Shown here piece after piece: positions 1 to 18,448 of a stretch of DNA of 64,000 nt. Position numbers and translations under genes: made by a program. Under the pieces are notes generated by a model. That model was not told where the DNA came from. It saw only the letters and a list, made by a program, of their open reading frames with translations, and did not search any database. This stretch comes from the human T2T-CHM13v2.0 reference genome, Homo sapiens, in assembly GCF_009914755.1 (NCBI RefSeq), contig NC_060941.1, one strand, 5' to 3'. The stretch's first letter is position 1. Each line of letters starts with the position of its first letter.

Positions 1-132
1 CAAAACAATTCCTGGCACATAATTAAGTGCTCAGTATGTGTTGCCTTTTATTAATTCATTCCACATTTGAATGATATTTGAGCATCTACTTTACTAGGTT
101 ATGGAAATTCAACAAAATAAAAACAGACCTTG

Positions 133-861
<729 letters not shown>

Positions 862-1167
862 CTAGTTTCAAACTTCACGTAATGTGGTATTACTTTTAAA
901 TTTTTTATTAAAATTGTTTAAAAACAAAATGAGTCTGCCACAGGCTCTTTCTGCCCTCTGGGAGTTCCTTAGGCTGCTGAGGTAGACACATTCCCCAGCC
1001 TCAGTGTGCTTTCATCTGGTGATCTGGGAGTGGTGATCGGGCCTCTGCTTGTGAGACATACACCGTCTTGTGGGCTGAGATAGGTTGATAAACAAGGAAC
1101 ATGTTCCTGGGATGCTGCTGGCCGTGTTCAGAAGCTGGGAGAAGGGATGTCAAGAAACAGTGCCTCG

Positions 1168-1515
<348 letters not shown>

Positions 1516-2367
1516 CTACTCCTCCCCTCCTCCCCCACCTGCTTCCTGAAGGGAGGGTGGTGAGGTCCTGTCCAGAGCAAGTGCAAGGAAGGAAAGAACT
1601 GCTTATTTCATTGACAGTTGTGTTTTTATTTTTGTTTGGGTGGGGGATACCCCAGGCATGTGGTGGGAAGAAGGAGGGGGAGGGGAAGGCAGATGTTAAG
1701 CAGACAAAGGAGCAGCGAATGACCCTCCTGAGAACTACTGAGCCAGTCAGAAGCCAGGAGTGGGTGCGGGACTGGCAGCATCGCCAGCGGGCACTCTGTT
1801 CTGCCTCCCTCGCCCAGTCCTGTAGTTGGCTATTTTGGGCTGTGGAGAGAAAGGGCTGAACTGGTCAGGGCCACTGGGTCCCCATCCCCCAGCCTGTGCC
1901 TGGGAACAAGAACCTCCCTGGGGAACCAAGTGCAGGGAGGTACCTTAGGAACCCTTCAACCTGCATATTCTTTGATATGGACAATTGACACTCTCCCATG
2001 AACAAAAGCAGTTAGAAAACTGAAAATATTTCAGATCAAAAGGGCAATGGATATAAAAACAGTAAGTTCAAGACAAGACCCCCTAGCTCCCTACCAACTG
2101 AGTTCCTACTCCTAGCCTCACCTGTCTAGAAATCTGGGTGGCCACCGTTCCCAGATCACCTTCTTCTGCCTAAGGCCAGCTCCTCCCTCAGTAACAATCA
2201 CAGCAAACATTATTGTTTGCTATGTTCCAGGCACTGGGCAAAGGGCTTTATTTGTCTGTTACAGAACCATCTCCCCCTGGGCTGCTAGACTTGCTCCCTG
2301 TCTCACATTTGCATTTCCCGAACAGAGTGAATTCTCAATAAATGTTAACTGAACTATGTAACGGAAC

Positions 2368-2898
2368 TGTTACCAGAAAGGGGTCCCGATCCAGACACCA
2401 AGAGAGGGTTCTTGGATCTCACGCAAGAAAGAATTCAGGGTGAGTCCACAGTGCAAAGTAAAAGCAAGTTTATTAAGTAAAGGAATAAAATAATGGCTAC
2501 TCAACAGACAGAGCAGCCCCGAGGGCTGCTGGTTGCCCATTTTTATGGTTATTTCTTGATGATGTGCTAAACACGGGGTGGGTTATTCGTGCTCCCCTTT
2601 TTAGACCATTTAAGGTAACTTCCTGACGTTGCCATGATATTTGTAAACTGTCATGGCGCGGCTGAAAGTGTAGCAGTGAGGACCACCAGCGGTCACTCTC
2701 ATTGCCATTTTGGTTTTGATGGGTTTTGGCCAGCTCCTTTACTGCAACCTGGTTTATCAGCAAGGTCTTTATGACCTGTATTTTATGCCGACCTCCTATC
2801 TCATCCTGTGACTTAGAATGCCTTAACTGTAGGGTTCAGCCTCATTTTACCCAGCTTCTATTTAAGACGGAGTTGCTCTGGTTCACACGCCTCTGACA
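2368..2898 (-). mobile_element. ERV1 solo LTR, MER41A-like
   Basis: Minus strand begins TGTCAGAGGCGTGTGAACCAGAGCAACTCC and ends GGTAACA; 4-bp TSD GAAC on both sides. Confidence 0.85.
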
Positions 2899-3202
2899 GA
2901 ACTGCACGTCCCAGACCACAGCCACACAGCTCTCCCTTGTTCTTGCCTCAGCCTCGTACCCTTTTCCATCTGATGGACTCCTATACACCCCTCAAGGCCT
3001 ACCTCACCTGTCACCTTCTCGGTGCAGCCTTCCCCAGTGTCCAAGCAGAGTCCACTGCTTCATCCTCCAGGCTGCTGTGACCCTGGCGGATCCCTCAACC
3101 CAAGCCTTCCCTTAGGTGATCAGAGGGCTATATTTGTGCACACACCAGTCTTCCCTCATTGGCTGGGGGACATTTAGTTCTCAGCCAGGCGCGGTGGCTC
3201 TA

Positions 3203-3403
<201 letters not shown>

Positions 3404-3516
3404 CTAAGAGGCCCTGGTACACAGTACATGCTCAGATATGTGTTAAGTAAATGAGACAGTATCTCCAAGCATGGCAGCATGAAGTGTATGTATACACCCC
3501 TTGCTCTTTTCTACAG

Positions 3517-3609
3517 GGAACAACAATAGCAGAGGCCTTTGTTGCCCTCTCCGCGAAACTGCCCAGTAACCTGGCATTAGACGGGTCCCTGGCTGACCTG
3601 ATAAAGAAG
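3517..3609 (+). other. LRRC3C: Candidate LRRC3C 5' noncoding exon (93 nt)
   Basis: Strong acceptor ttgctcttttctacag ending 3516 and donor AAG|gtagcc at 3610 in unique sequence; no transcript evidence available here. Confidence 0.5.
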
Positions 3610-4235
3610 GTAGCCCTTCCTTATCTATCTTCTCTATCTATCTATCTACCTACCTATCTATCTATCTTTTTCCTTTCAGTTATCCCCCCATCCAGGCTGG
3701 ACCTGGAGGTCTCCAACATCAGGGAGGGAAGGGGATGGAGGCCTGCTGAACTTCTTTCCCCTGTGGTCACATATTGGGGATATAGAGTTACCACCCTTGG
3801 AGGGAGGAGCTGTGACTCAGACTGCCGAGGGTGGGAGGCTAAGAGGCTCACTTTCCTGAGCCCTGAACTTGGGAGCCAGGGCCCTGCCATGCCTCAGTCT
3901 CTTCCCTGCCTGCCATTCTAGACACGTGGAGCATCAGGCTAGAAGGGATCTCAGAGACTGTGAGGGTCCAGAAAACAGAAAGGATGTGCCCCGTGGCATA
4001 AACATCTGCTGGTCTTGGGCCTAGCCCGAGAATTTTCCCAGGCACTTCACAGGCCAAGACAGAGCGTGAGACTCCCCGGTGATGGCTTTTCCAGACCCAT
4101 GCCATGTGTCCCTCAGGTCTTTATCATCTCACACCTAGACCTTTGCCATAACTGGTTTTCCTGCCACCAATACACCCCCGACACAACCAACAGAGTGATC
4201 CAGACATCAAATCTAATTTTAAAACCTTTCAATCC

Positions 4236-5190
<955 letters not shown>

Positions 5191-5502
5191 ACCTTTTTAA
5201 TCCATAAGCCACGGAATCAAGTCCCAATGCATCCATGGCGTGCAAGCCACAAGGATCTGCTCCCTTTTTACTTCTTTACCCCTGGCCTTTGCCACCACCC
5301 CCTCCATCCACGCAGTGATCTGGAAGCCAAGCCATTTCATGCTCCCTTGCTCTTGCACATTCTGCTTCTCCACCTGATTAACCCAGCCTTGAAAGCCCAG
5401 ATCAAATGTCACTCCTTGGTGAAGCCTTCCTTGATTATACCCTGGAAAAGCTAGTGTACAGTTAAGGATGCTCTCAGCAGAAATCAACAGAAAACCCAAA
5501 TA

Positions 5503-5960
5503 ATGATTCTTACCCTAGGTTGCCATTAGAATCACCTGAGGAGCTTTTGAAAATTCCCATCACCTGGCCAGGCACGGTGGCTCACTCCTGTGATCCCAGC
5601 ACTTTGGGAGGCTGAGGCAAGTGGATCACCTGAGGTCAAGAGTTCGAGACTGGCCTGGCCAACATGGAGAAAACCCGTCTCTACTAAAAATACAAAAATT
5701 AGCTGGGCATAGTGGCGTGTGCCTGTAATCCCAGCTTCTTGGGAGGCTGAGGCAGGAGAATCTCTTGAACCCAGGAGGCAGAGGCTACTGTGAGCCGAGA
5801 TGGTGCCACTGCACTCCAGCCTGGGCGACAGAGTGAGACTCTGTCTCAACAAGAAAAAAAAATCTCCATTACCAGACACATGCCACATGGGTGTACCCAG
5901 GCATCAGCAGTTTTCAAAACTGCCTATATACCAGTGTGCAGCCAAGTTGAGAAGCACTGA
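5503..5960. mobile_element. MER5-like DNA transposon remnant split by an Alu (5566-5862)
   Basis: ttagaatcacctgaggagctttt...gcagccaagttgagaagcactg; similar remnants near 7135-7308 and 60290-60420. Confidence 0.55.
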
Positions 5961-6135
5961 AGTTAGGGGGTTTTCTTTCTCACGTATTGAGTCTAGAGGT
6001 GGCAGTTGCTGGTGTTGGTTGAGTAGCTCAGCGATTTCCAGGCCAACATCTCAGTAATACTCAACCCTCCCTTTATGCTTTGTTGTCTCATGGCCACGAG
6101 ATGGCCTGAGTTGACCCTTTCATGTTCAAAGTAGG

Positions 6136-6752
<617 letters not shown>

Positions 6753-8012
6753 AGGTAGGGAGAGGAGCAGAGCCCAGCCCTATCCTCTCTTACCAGCAAA
6801 TCAAAGACTGTCCCACAAACCTATTCTGCGGACTTCTGCTTAGATGTCATTGACCAGAATTGGGCCACCCTCAGCTGCAAAGGAGATTGAAGAAGTAGGC
6901 AACAGGATTTCTGATGGGCTGAGATCAATCAGGTTGAATCATCAAGGACTGAGTGCATTGCCACTCCCAAAGCCATGTGTGTTAATCTGGTAGTAGGAGG
7001 GAAGGGATGATTCTGCCATGTTATTAATACTTATTCTCTCTCTGTGCTTCACAGCTCCCTGTACAAACATCAATTAATGCAGGCAGCACATCAAAGCATT
7101 GTGGAGACATGTCTGTGCCTCCCTCCAGACCATCAATTCTCAACTCAGGCTGCTCGTTAGACATACCTGAGGAGCTTTCGAAAGAAACCAGTGCCTAGAC
7201 CCCATGCACAGAGATTTTAATGTAATTGGTCCAGATGAAGCCCCAGCATAACTAATCTGTAAAAGCTCCCCAAGTGATTTGAATGTGCAGGGTGTTTTGA
7301 GAACCCTGCCATAGACCCAGCACCTTAAGAACCCTGTCTATGTCCCCTTCAACTAGCACATAAGGCTCACAGGAAATCCTCACTGAATGAATAAACAAAT
7401 AAATGGATGGCAGAGAATTTCTGCTCCAATTCTGCAGCCCCTAGTGGGCAGTGTGCACTGTCCTAAGTGTGGTTCCTCCTTCCCCCCAGATCTCCCTCCT
7501 TCACCGAGTTTGCACTCAGACTCCCTTAATTAACCACATCTGCAGCTCCAGCTGGGCTCCTGCTTCTCCCACAGCTGCTGTGCTGGACACCCTAGTTCCA
7601 CTCTTTTCCTGGAAGCTGCCCTAGTCTTAGAAGGAAATAACCCTCCATCAACAGCCAGGCTCAATTCTTGTGCCTCAGTTAAAGCCCCTGCCCAGTGTGA
7701 GAGAGGAACAGGGGGAAAGGGAGGATTGCTCAGCTTTCTGTCCCACATTCAGCTACAGTCCCGAAATGGACACCAAGTAGCCAGCAGCAGAGTGTCCGGC
7801 CCTCAGAGAAAAGGTTTGCTTGTTGCTTCTCCTGCCTAAGTGTAGAAAGTTATCTGATTCCTTAGACAAATGTGAGTCTGCAAAATTCCCCTGTTGACAT
7901 CACAGGAATAAGTCTGTGGTGAGTACATCCTCAGAGATGATATCATCTGGCATCCTACCATCTGGTCTGGTCCCCATCATGCTTCTGAAACTGCTTGTTC
8001 AAAGGTAACCTA

Positions 8013-9157
<1,145 letters not shown>

Positions 9158-9182
<25 letters not shown>

Positions 9183-9264
9183 GTCACCCATAGTCTTCCA
9201 AAATCCAGCAAGAAAAATCCTTCTCAGAAAGGTCTCCAATGCGTATGACCTCATCTTCCTTCGT
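9158..9264 (+). other. LRRC3C: LRRC3C exon carrying the upstream ATG (5'UTR plus first 26 coding nt)
   Basis: Acceptor ttttattttgcactcag ending 9157; consensus donor gtaagt at 9265. Confidence 0.7.
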
Positions 9265-12200
9265 GTAAGTATATCCACCCCTAGTCTCTGTGACACCCCA
9301 CTCTCCTGTTCTCTTCCACCTCTCTGACCTGGCAGGAGGGCTTCCAGGTTCCGTACAATACAATACCGTGGGTACCATCAGGCTCAACGTGCAAGGATGT
9401 AGGGTATTGGTATGTGTGGCAGAGAGGCACAGAGGTAAGAGCTGCTAGCAGGCAATGGAAAGTGGTTGGACAAGGAGTTAGAAAACTGGGCTCTGGTCTT
9501 TGGCCACTGACTCATTGTGTAACTCTGGTCACATTCTGGGCCTCAGTTTACCGGTCTGCAAACTAAGGAGGGATCAACTGGCTGGTCCCTTCCTTTGAGC
9601 TCTATCAATCATTGAGGCTCTGAATCCCAGCACCGAACTGGAGATAGTGTGGGTAGGATGGTGCCATAGGAGGCACCATGTGGTTGGACTTGAGGGTCAA
9701 GGGAGTTGCAGGGGATAAGCCACCATGGGCTAAGGAATGAGATGGGTCATCCACATGGATCACATCTATGACCCTTTGTCACCTCTGCCCCTGCACAGCA
9801 TACGAGAGGAGGTGAAGGGGAAAAGCCTGGCGTGGGTAATGAAATCATGGAGGAAGACCATGATGTGTTCTGGAAGTCAGTAATCCTAACAACTAGCCTT
9901 TGCACAGCACTTCACAAAGTACCTTCACATCCACTCAACCCTGGCGGGTCCTCCCAACCCTGCAGCAGTGTCAGGTGACATGCCCAGGTCACACACTAAT
10001 CTCATCTTCTGCCTTGAAATCCTTCCTTCCCACTACCCAGTGAACATTAGGAGAGGGTGGTATCACGGAGTGGCGTGGCCTGCAAATGATGCCTGGGATA
10101 GGGACACCCTGGGGGAACAAGTCATCCAAGCCATCTTTGGTGCCCAGGCCTGAGGGAGAGTTCAAAGTGCCAACCTGAGAGTCCAGGGCTCTAGCAAACT
10201 GAGAGAACCTGAGTCAGTTCTCATCCAGATCATAAAATCAGCAGGGAAAACTCAGAGATGACCACATCAGGCTTCAGGTGCCTTAAAGAACTCCTTCCAA
10301 CTCCTAGAGAAGCAATCAATCTACCACGCAGAGAACAAACTGAAATTGAACCACAGCACCCCTGGCAGGCAGGAGGTCTGGGCACTGCGAGGAGCCAGGA
10401 AATGAGGAACCCTGGACAGACATGTTTTCCAAGGAAAGACTAGGGGAAGTTTGCTCACCGTGGAAGAAGGGGCCACCGAGCATGGAAGAATGTGCCACGG
10501 CGTGAAAGAATGGCAGAAGGGAGTAGGGAGAGGAATGGAGTTGGGGGAATACAGGTTGCTGGAGACACTGGATGTGAGATGGGGCCCACCCAGTTCTGCC
10601 CGCCAGGCCTGCCAAGCAGGGATCCTTCTGCCCAGCCAGGTTCTGGGTAAGGAAGAGGAGTTCTGGGAAGCAGTTTCAGCCTTGGGGAGTGAGGGAAGAT
10701 GGCAGCATCAAGGCCTTGGGAGGGGAGCCTGGTGCAGGGAATGGAATTGGGTCCTGGTCTCCCCACAACAGAGTTCATCAGGGTCCAGGATCTGCCCTCT
10801 CTTGGCATTGCCTGGCCACACCATGGCTCAGGTATCCGACACCTGGGCCCAGAGTCACATGCCAGGAAACCCAACACTCTTGGGTCCCAGCCCCCAACTT
10901 CCAGCAGCTACGAGCAAACAGGGCTTCTGGAGGAGGAAGCGGGTCTCCAGAGCCCAGCAGCAGGGAGCCTACGTCCAGGGACAGGGCATCTGCACTGGAG
11001 AAGGCTCTGCCACCAACAGGGGTGAGAGGAATGGAGGAGGACGGGGAGGAGGAGGGAGGAAGTACAGAGCAGAGAGGACAGAGCTGGGGCAGGCAGAGGG
11101 GTGGATGCTCCCGGAAAAGGGGTAGATGGGCATAGAAGGTGGGGCCAGAGGTCTATTTTACCTAGTCACCTGGCCTAGCTGGATGCCCTGACACCCTGTC
11201 GCTCATCCGTCCCCTTGTCTCCATCACGCGAGTGCCAACCAGACCCTCTGGTGCCTACCTAGCCCACTTGGCAGCCACCCAGGTAGGTAGGGGAAGAAGA
11301 CTTTATTCCAATGAGAGAAATCAACACATGGACAGAGGCAGAAACTTAGAAACCCCCAGACCCAGAATGACCAACAAGGCCTCACAGATTAACCTTCTAG
11401 AATCAACAGACCCTAAAAGAGTTTCAAGTGCAAGAGACCCTTTACCCAAAAGACCCTATTGAGGAGACTTAAATCAAGAGAGACCCCAATAAGGAAGTGA
11501 AAAAGTCACCCAGGCTTGAGAGAAGCCCCCAGAGAAGAGGCCCCAGCCCAAAAAGACTCCCCAGAGGGACCTCGGGAGGAGAAAGCTGGCAGTGGGCCAT
11601 GCGATTCTCTTGACTCACTCCTCCTTTATGTGGCCTTTCCTTCCCCAGATCCTACTGCACTCCAGGACTATGCCAATTTATGGCCATGCTCCCAACAGCA
11701 GGTCACCTCCTGCCCCTCCTGCTGGTGATAGGCACAGGGGGTACTGTGCCCAGCCCCCAGGTGCCTCCCCGGGGCTGTTATGTGGCAAAGGAAGCAGGTG
11801 AACGGACGTTCCGCTGCAGCCAGGCAGGCCTCAGTGCTGTGCCCTCCGGCATCCCCAATGACACCCGCAAGCTCTACCTGGATGCCAACCAGCTGGCATC
11901 GGTGCCTGCTGGTGCCTTCCAGCACCTGCCTGTCCTGGAGGAGTTGGATCTGTCCCATAATGCCCTTGCCCACCTCTCAGGGGCGGCTTTCCAGGGCCTG
12001 GAGGGCACATTGCGCCACCTCGACCTCTCTGCCAACCAGCTGGCCTCAGTGCCCGTGGAGGCCTTTGTGGGGCTACAGATCCAAGTGAACCTATCCGCAA
12101 ACCCATGGCACTGTGACTGCGCCCTCCAGGAAGTGCTCCGGCAGGTGAGGCTGGTGCCGGGCACTGGGACAGGCATCGTGTGTGGCTCAGGAGCCCGACC

Positions 12201-12450
12201 GGACCTCGTGGGGCAGGAGTTCCTGCTGCTGGCAGGGGAGGAAGAGCTGTGTGGGTCGGGGTGGGGTGGGGCCCGGAGGAGCACCGATGTGGCCCTGCTG
12301 GTCACCATGGGGGGCTGGCTGACACTCATGGTGGCTTATCTGGTGCATTATGTGTGGCAGAACCGAGATGAGACCAGGCGCTCCCTCAAGCGGGCCCCAG
12401 TGCTGCCCGTGCGTTCCGAGGACTCCTCCATCCTCAGCACAGTGGTCTGA
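9239..12450 (+). CDS. LRRC3C: Leucine-rich repeat-containing protein 3C, join(9239..9264,11649..12450), 275 aa type I membrane LRR protein
   Basis: ATG 9239 reads MRMTSSSF(V), donor gtaagt at 9265, acceptor ttccccag ending 11648; the spliced CDS is 828 nt and in frame with ORF 11680..12450. Product has a hydrophobic leader, LRRNT cysteines, LxxLxLxxNxL repeats, LRRCT NPWHCDC, a TM helix and C-terminal STVV. Confidence 0.93.
11649..12450 (+). CDS. LRRC3C: LRRC3C main coding exon
   Basis: Open frame with LRR, LRRCT and TM motifs; stop TGA 12448-12450. Confidence 0.96.
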
Positions 12451-12829
12451 TGACCCAGGATGCTCCTCCAGCCACACCCCACACTCCTGCCCCTATGCCC
12501 TCTCCTTTGCTCTGACCCCCTCTGCCTCCTGTGCAGCTTCACCCCTGCCCCCAAGCCCATCCCACCCCTCCCTCCTTTATTCCCCCTAAATACCTGTGCT
12601 GGTTCTCTCTCTCTCTCTCTGTGTCGTCTTAACCAACACCATCTTTGGTGCCTGGAGTTTTTTGGTGCCTACTCTGTGCCTGGATTGTGCTAGACTCAGA
12701 AAACCCATAACAGAGAATGACAGCAGGTGGGGTGGGAGCAAGGGAGGAGGGGCTGTGGGGGGGCAGGTTGAGGAGGGAGCCTGCACCTGGCCCAGGGCGA
12801 TTTCAAAGGCTTCGCTGTAGGATGTTTGA

Positions 12830-13732
<903 letters not shown>

Positions 13733-14637
13733 GAACAGGGAGAGCTTTGGACAGAAAAGCAAGAGCAGAGAAGGCCCCTAGATGAAAGGTGTGGACAAGG
13801 CAAGGAAGATGTGCAACAACTCAGAATGTCTGGGCAGCAGCAAGACTCACCCTGGGGCTGGAAGAGAGGGTGCAAAGAGGGGCAAGGGGAAGGTGGGTGG
13901 AACCAAGCTGGAGGCGAGGTCAAAAGCCAGGCTGTGGCCAGATTTAAAAGGACACTGTGGGCTCCTCCTGTCTTCTCCCTCCGCCTCTACTGAGAGCCTC
14001 CCCTGGCTTCTTGCTTCTCTTGTCCCCAGGCTCCTCTTCCTCCTGTGCCCTCTACTGAGGATCCCCTCCTCCGACTCAAGGTCCCTAACCAGAGACTCCC
14101 TATTTCTCTCCATCCTCTCCTTTATACACTGATTAGTTTCCTGAGCTCCTTCTTCTGGGGGGAAGGTGGTCTCCTCTATGACTGAGCTGGGGATGGGTGA
14201 CTGCAGAGCTGGGGGAAGTAAGGAGACCCTGGACAACTCAATAAAGTCACTTTTATCAATGCTCCGATCTCGTATTGCTCATTTTCCTGGGCACCTGTGG
14301 CCTGTTGGTGAAGAGAACGGGTGCTGAGCTTGTCTTCAGCCCCTCCACCACCCCTTTGGTCGGGGGTGCTCCTGCTGGGCTGGAGGCCAGCTTCCCATCT
14401 CCCCTTCTGCTCCCCAGCCCCTGCCACCAGAGTCCATCTGCTGGACTGGCCAGGACTGTGCCGACACACTCAGAGCGGCTCCTGCACGGAACGACTGCCC
14501 CAGAATCCCGGACTGCTCCCTCTGCATCCTGACCCCGGGCTTGTGCTTGTCCACTGGGCAGGCAGGAGGGGGTGACGTAACTGGCTTCACTCCCATCCTC
14601 ACCTCTGCCATGGACCAGGGATCACAGGACCCTGGGT

Positions 14638-14810
14638 TTTGAGAAACCACGGAAGCCTGGTGAGGCAGCTGGACAGCCTCAGTGATGTTGCCCGCATCTG
14701 CCCTTCTGCCTGAGACAGAGGGAGAGAAAAGGCACGCTCTTCTGGGAGACACACTATGTCAGTCCCAAACTCTCCCACCAGGAAATGCTGGAACCTGGCT
14801 CAGGAACCAA
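14638..14810 (+). pseudogene. Fossil gasdermin exon homologous to GSDMA exon 2
   Basis: FEK..LVRQLD-SLSDVARI/ then 14701-14802 PFCLRQRERKGTLFWETHYVSPKLSHQEMLEPGS vs GSDMA PFCLVLRKRKSTLFWGARYVRTDYTLLDVLEPGS (18/34 identical, ungapped). Frameshifts, a 9-codon deletion, and donor gtcagcc appears as gacagcc. Confidence 0.9.
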
Positions 14811-14938
14811 GACAGCCCAGCCTACAGCTAACCCAGGCCTGAGGCAAGAGTTCCCGCGGCCTGGGCCCAGGTCCCAACTTGTCACCACATGCAGCATCAG
14901 GGAGCCAGTGAGCTGTGATGAGAGGAGAGGGAGAGGCC

Positions 14939-15606
14939 TAAAACTGCCTTTGCAAAATGATGACTGAGACAGTGAAAGAGATTTAACTTAACTGATTCCA
15001 TCTTGCTTTTAACCTCCAAGCTGTCCCCGCTCATTCCTAGGCATAGGCTGAACTAACTTTGGGAAAAACTTAGTTTATAGTTTAAACAAAGACAGTAACA
15101 GCCCTTTCCCAAAGCAGACCTCCTTCTTGCCTGGGGACTAGATTGCCTTTGTAGAACTAACATTAGCCACAAGATCAGAAATTATGGTTTAGGAGTCGTG
15201 CCGCTGGAGGCTCCCTAAACTGCTCCGAAGATCAGGGCTTGAGATATTTTGCAGACCCTGCACTTGATGGATCAGCTGGCCCCACCCAGATCAATAAACT
15301 GGCTCCTCTGATCTTGTGGCCCCCACCCAGGAACTGACTGAGCACAAGAAGACAGCTTTGACTCCCTGTGATTTCATCTCTGACCAATCAGCACACCTGG
15401 TTCACTGGCTTCCCCGCAACCCACCAAGTTATCCTTAAAAACTCTGCCCCCGACGTGCTCATAGAGACTGATTTGAGTAATAATAAAGCTCTGGTCTCCA
15501 CACAGCCGGCTCTGCATGAATTACTCTTTCTCTATTGCAATTCCCCCGTCTTGATAAATCGGCTCTGTCTAGGCAGCACGCAACCTGAACCCCTTGGACG
15601 ATTACA
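14939..15606 (+). mobile_element. ERV1 solo LTR, LTR8-like
   Basis: TAAAACTGCCTTTGCAAAATGATGACTGAGACAGTGAAAGAG...AATAAA...ATTACA; 4-bp TSD GGCC on both sides. Confidence 0.85.
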
Positions 15607-17455
15607 GGCCCACACAGCCCTTCCGCCACCAGCTTCTTCCTGCCCTACAGAGCTGAGGCCTGGAGTGGCAGAGAAAGCCAAGGGTACCCTGAGGGAGCAC
15701 CCAGCTGAGGGGGAGTGAAGCTCCACCCCTTCCTGAATTGGGCTCACAAACAGAGGCTTCGAGAGCACAACCCTAAGACTGAGGTCTCCTACAGAGTGAG
15801 GGGCATCAAAGCCAGAGGAACCCGGGGAGCTTATTCCAAAGGGAGGGACTGCCTCCCCCATTGGACTAAAGGGAGTTCGAACTGCTAGAAATGGTTTCGC
15901 CTTAGCTCTCTGAGAATCTGCCATCATCAACCTCTCTTACCTCCAAGGAACAGTCACCCCAAACCAGGAAGGCAAAGGGAAAGCAGAACAAGGCCCCCAA
16001 GCTGCCAAATGGATGCCACCACAAGCCCACCCCTTCATTCGACAAGAATCTGTTGGTCGGGCGCGGTGGCTCCAGCCAGTAATCCCAGCACTTTGGGAGA
16101 CCAAGGTGGGCCCTGAGCTCAGGAGTTCGAGACCAGCCTGGCCAAGATGGTGAAACCCCGTCTCTACTAAAAATACAAAAATTAGCCGGGTGTGGTGGTG
16201 CGGGCCTGTAATCCTAGCTACTCAAGAGGCTGAGGCAGGAGGATCGCTTGAACCCAGGAGGCAGAGGTTGCAGTGAGCCAAGACCGTGCCACTACACTCC
16301 AGCCTGGGTGACAGAATGAGACTCTGTCTCAAAACAAACAAACAAACACCATCCGTTGAGTTCCTGTGCATGGCAGGCGCTGCAACTACAAAGATCAGGA
16401 AGTTGTGCCTGACCCTGGGGACCTGACAGGCTAGTGTATCAGTGATGACAGTCCAGGAAGACAGGGCTGTGCACAGGGGCCCTGTGAACCCATAAGGAGC
16501 ATCTCAATCAAACACCGACAAAGGGTCATGTACTTTGCTCACAGGAACCCTCGCTCAGAACTCATTTATTCTTAGTTTACAAGAGTTCTAATAATTTCAG
16601 AACTGTGGCTTCCTGCTTATATCAAGTTAGAAACAGTATTTCTGAAGTAGCAAAAATTATATTACAGAGGGTCAGAATAACAGCAGTGAGAAAGTACACC
16701 CTAACGACGGGGAGGGACATGATTAAAAGTCTAAGAACTCAAAAGGCATTGTCACAGGGCATTTTAGTGTCTCTTAAATGGCCCTGTGTGGAAAACTGAC
16801 TCCCCCTGCCTCACAGGGGCCTATGGGCATTGGCAAAATGCATGAGATCAGTACATTGACTTCGGGTTACCTGCAGAAAAGTTCAAATCTTGGAGTGTCC
16901 ATTCTCAGAAGCAGGGAGCTGGTGATGCACTTGAGAAAGAATTTCCATCAAGGACTGAAGTAAATAAGGCAGAATGACTATTGGAAAATGCTACTTCAAC
17001 CTCAACTACTTCCTTGTTCCTTCTTCCCACTGGTCGAAGATCTGCCCCTGGGGCCATGCAAAACAAACCAGCCTAAAAGCCTAGTCTTTTTTTTTCTTTT
17101 TTCTTTTTTTTTTTATTTAGAGACAGGGTCTCACTCTTTCTCCCAGGCTGGAGTGCAGTGGCGTGATCACAGCTTTTATGTCCCACTACCACCACACACG
17201 CATATGTGAGCACACACACACGTATCTGCCTCGGGCCCCTGTAATGCAGTTGATCTTCCCCAATCATAATATATATTTCAGCCGGGCACAGTGGCTCACG
17301 CCTGTAATCCCAGCACTTCGGGAGGCCGAGGCTGGTGGATCACCTGAGGTTGGGAGTTCAAGACCAGCCTGGCCAACCTGGCAAAAACCCGTCTCCACTA
17401 AAAATACAAAAATTAGCTGGGCATGGTGGCGGGCGCCTGTAATCCCAGCTACTCA

Positions 17456-17590
<135 letters not shown>

Positions 17591-17776
17591 CTACACTTAT
17601 GACAACTGCCATCTTCCTCTTTTAGAACACCAAACAAAACTTAAGCCCCCACACTAATACTAATGTCTAAGGTCAGCCCTCACTTCTCATTCACTTTTGG
17701 GGCCAAGGCAATTTATCAGGGAATGTTTCCAGCAGAGGGTGTATGGGAACGAGCACAGGGCACATCTGTCCTGTAG

Positions 17777-17924
17777 AACTAAGAAAAGACTCAAGATCAC
17801 CAAGACTGCAGTCACAGGGGTCCTGGTGAATGCCTCTGTCACTGTCGAAGGCAAATGTCAAAACTCCCTGGACATCCAAAACCTCAGCCATCATCGTGAA
17901 TGATCTGGAAAACCTGAGGAAGAG
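17777..17924 (+). pseudogene. Fossil gasdermin exon homologous to GSDMA exon 3
   Basis: VTVEGKCQNSLDIQNLS/IIVNDLENLRK(R) vs GSDMA GTAGLSQNSTLEVQTLSVAPKALETVQE(R). Ends ag|gcgagc (phase 2, GC instead of GT) like GSDMA ag|gtgaga; 1-nt frameshift; the 5' boundary is uncertain. Confidence 0.7.
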
Positions 17925-18296
17925 GCGAGCTTGCAGGGTGGGGTGAGGAGGCAGGTTGAGGATTCCAGGCCAGATGCTAGAGGCTGGTACAGAGGAATAG
18001 CACCCACCCAGAATAGCACGGACTGCTCAAGTTGGCAGGGATCTCTATTTTACAAAAGGGCCCAAAGAGGGGCAGCGAGTTATCCAAGGTCACATAGGGA
18101 GGGAAGGAAAGAACCAGGACTAGAATCCACAGGGCCCTGTCCCTCTGGGACATACACATACTCCCCTTCCAGGGGAATGAAATAAGGGAGAGATAGGGAG
18201 AGACAACCATGAGCCCAGGGTGCAGCTGAAATGGGCAGAGGGTCTACCCACTCGCAACCTCTGACAGCCTCTGAGTCTAGCCCCACCCCTTCCACA

Positions 18297-18448
18297 AAGC
18301 TGAAGTAGGCAGAGCAGTCCTTCCTCCAGAAGCTTCCGGAGGATGGGGAGAATCTATACGTGGTGACCAAGACCATGGAGATGCTGAAGAAGGGGGGTAA
18401 GGCCAGAGGGGCAGTTCCATCCCCGACCTCACTGCTGTGGGGCTCAAG
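18297..18448 (+). pseudogene. Fossil gasdermin exon homologous to GSDMA exon 4
   Basis: KLK*AEQSFLQKLPEDGENLYVVTKTMEML..GKA/EGQF/IPDLTAVGLK|gttggg vs KLAADHPFLKEMQDQGENLYVVMEVVETV..GKAEACFSLPFFAPLGLQ|gtttga. GENLYVV is exact at 18345-18365; stop TAG at 18306. Confidence 0.9.

Noticed and set aside
2368-2898. MER41 as an interferon-gamma/STAT1 enhancer
   Set aside because: This copy lacks the tandem TTCNNNGAA segment of MER41B and reads like MER41A at that position.
10451-11135. Overlapping 224-, 148- and 108-aa ORFs in the LRRC3C intron
   Set aside because: G-rich sequence with no recognisable homology or splice structure; consistent with chance ORFs.
14321-14470. HLPFC...HLLDW as a gasdermin exon 2 remnant
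   Set aside because: Weak, pyrimidine-rich match superseded by the much stronger match about 300 nt downstream.
16380-16440. DPGDLT similarity to GSDMA NPQGDLT
   Set aside because: The context resembles an L2 fragment, a stop follows immediately, and the better exon 2 homolog is at 14638-14810.
16871-16954. Minus-strand segment bounded by good acceptor and donor motifs (84 nt)
   Set aside because: Stops in all three frames and no partner exons identified; could be a noncoding exon, but the sequence alone does not support it.
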